DNA from: Dirinaria sp. TL-2023a | Taxonomy: Eukaryota | NCBI GenBank assembly: GCA_051941275.1 | Contig: JAVEBF010000076.1 | Span: forward strand, 1-33,130 | Reading direction: 5' to 3' | Length of the DNA: 33,130 nucleotides | Part shown: in pieces, positions 32,731 to 33,130 of the stretch | Numbering within the stretch: the first letter of the stretch is position 1 | Layout of the letters: the number at the start of each line of letters is the position of its first letter | Translations under genes and position numbers: made by a program | The notes under the pieces: generated by a model | What the model was told of the DNA's origin: nothing | What the model saw: only the letters and a program-made list of their open reading frames with translations | Database searches by the model: none

Positions 32731-32814
32731 GCAGGAGAGCAGGAGCAGAGCTGGCGAGCAGCCAAGGTGTGGTTTCTTTATTCTGGAGGTCTTTTTTTTT
32801 TATTTGCATGGCAT

Positions 32815-32837
32815 TAGCATAGCATAGCATAGCATAG
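32815..32837 (+). repeat. (TAGCA)x4+ pentanucleotide microsatellite, followed by a poly-C tract
   Basis: tagcatagcatagcatagcatag read directly in the DIM-5 3' region. Confidence 0.8.
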
Positions 32838-33130
32838 ATACCCCCCCCCCCCCTGGGGCTCTCACAAAAGCGAGCGAGAGAAATATTATGATTTCTACTT
32901 TTTCTATCCAAATTCTATGTCCCGGTCCCGATGTAATCACGTGTTCACGAAGTCACGCTGGTGAGTTCTACCAACTTCTCACCACGAGCATATCATCACA
33001 TCGTCAGCCCGTGGATCTATTCTCAGCTTCGCAGTCCCCCAAAACAAGGAATAGAAAAACACGCATGGACGAAGCGACATATTTACATTCTCCCAATCCA
33101 TCACCAACATCTAACCATGAGTATATCATC

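Noticed and set aside
1..33130. Functional gene cluster, transposon or stwintron
   Set aside because: The genes are unrelated housekeeping functions. I see no transposase, RT, LTR or TIR signature. The longer introns I examined resolve as single GT-AG introns.

Overview
Gene-dense, intron-rich eukaryotic DNA from a filamentous ascomycete (Pezizomycotina; inferred from short GT-AG introns with CTRAY-type branch points and from the protein sequences). I rebuilt spliced models by hand for 13 complete housekeeping genes plus one partial gene, and every complete model sums to whole codons. In order: 3' end of an uncharacterised conserved fungal protein (+), WHI2 (-), PEX20 (-), SEC13 (+), GPATCH1-like G-patch protein (-), KIN1 kinase (+), RCD1/CAF40 (+), DDT/WHIM-PHD chromatin protein (+), GID4/VID24 (-), mago nashi (-, 7 exons, missed by the ORF track), SEC26 beta-COP (+), sphingoid base kinase (+), RRP1 (-) and the DIM-5/Clr4 H3K9 methyltransferase (+). 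I found no transposon, tRNA, rRNA or CRISPR array. The strongest unexplained signal is at WHI2. The frame stays open about 190 codons upstream of the first AUG, and about 500 nt there contain no AUG in any frame. An AUC/ACG/UUG cluster sits in a good start context, two overlapping uORFs lie upstream, and the extension carries PY-type motifs. This suggests a non-AUG-initiated Whi2 isoform that may recruit Rsp5/Nedd4. Other leads: competing 3' splice sites that would delete the Gid4 C-terminal anchor, a frame-preserving CC-containing micro-exon in the sphingoid kinase, a SIM-like motif and uORFs in DIM-5, and a regularly spaced GCCAAG (PacC-type) array upstream of RCD1. Family assignments come from motif recognition, not database searches.
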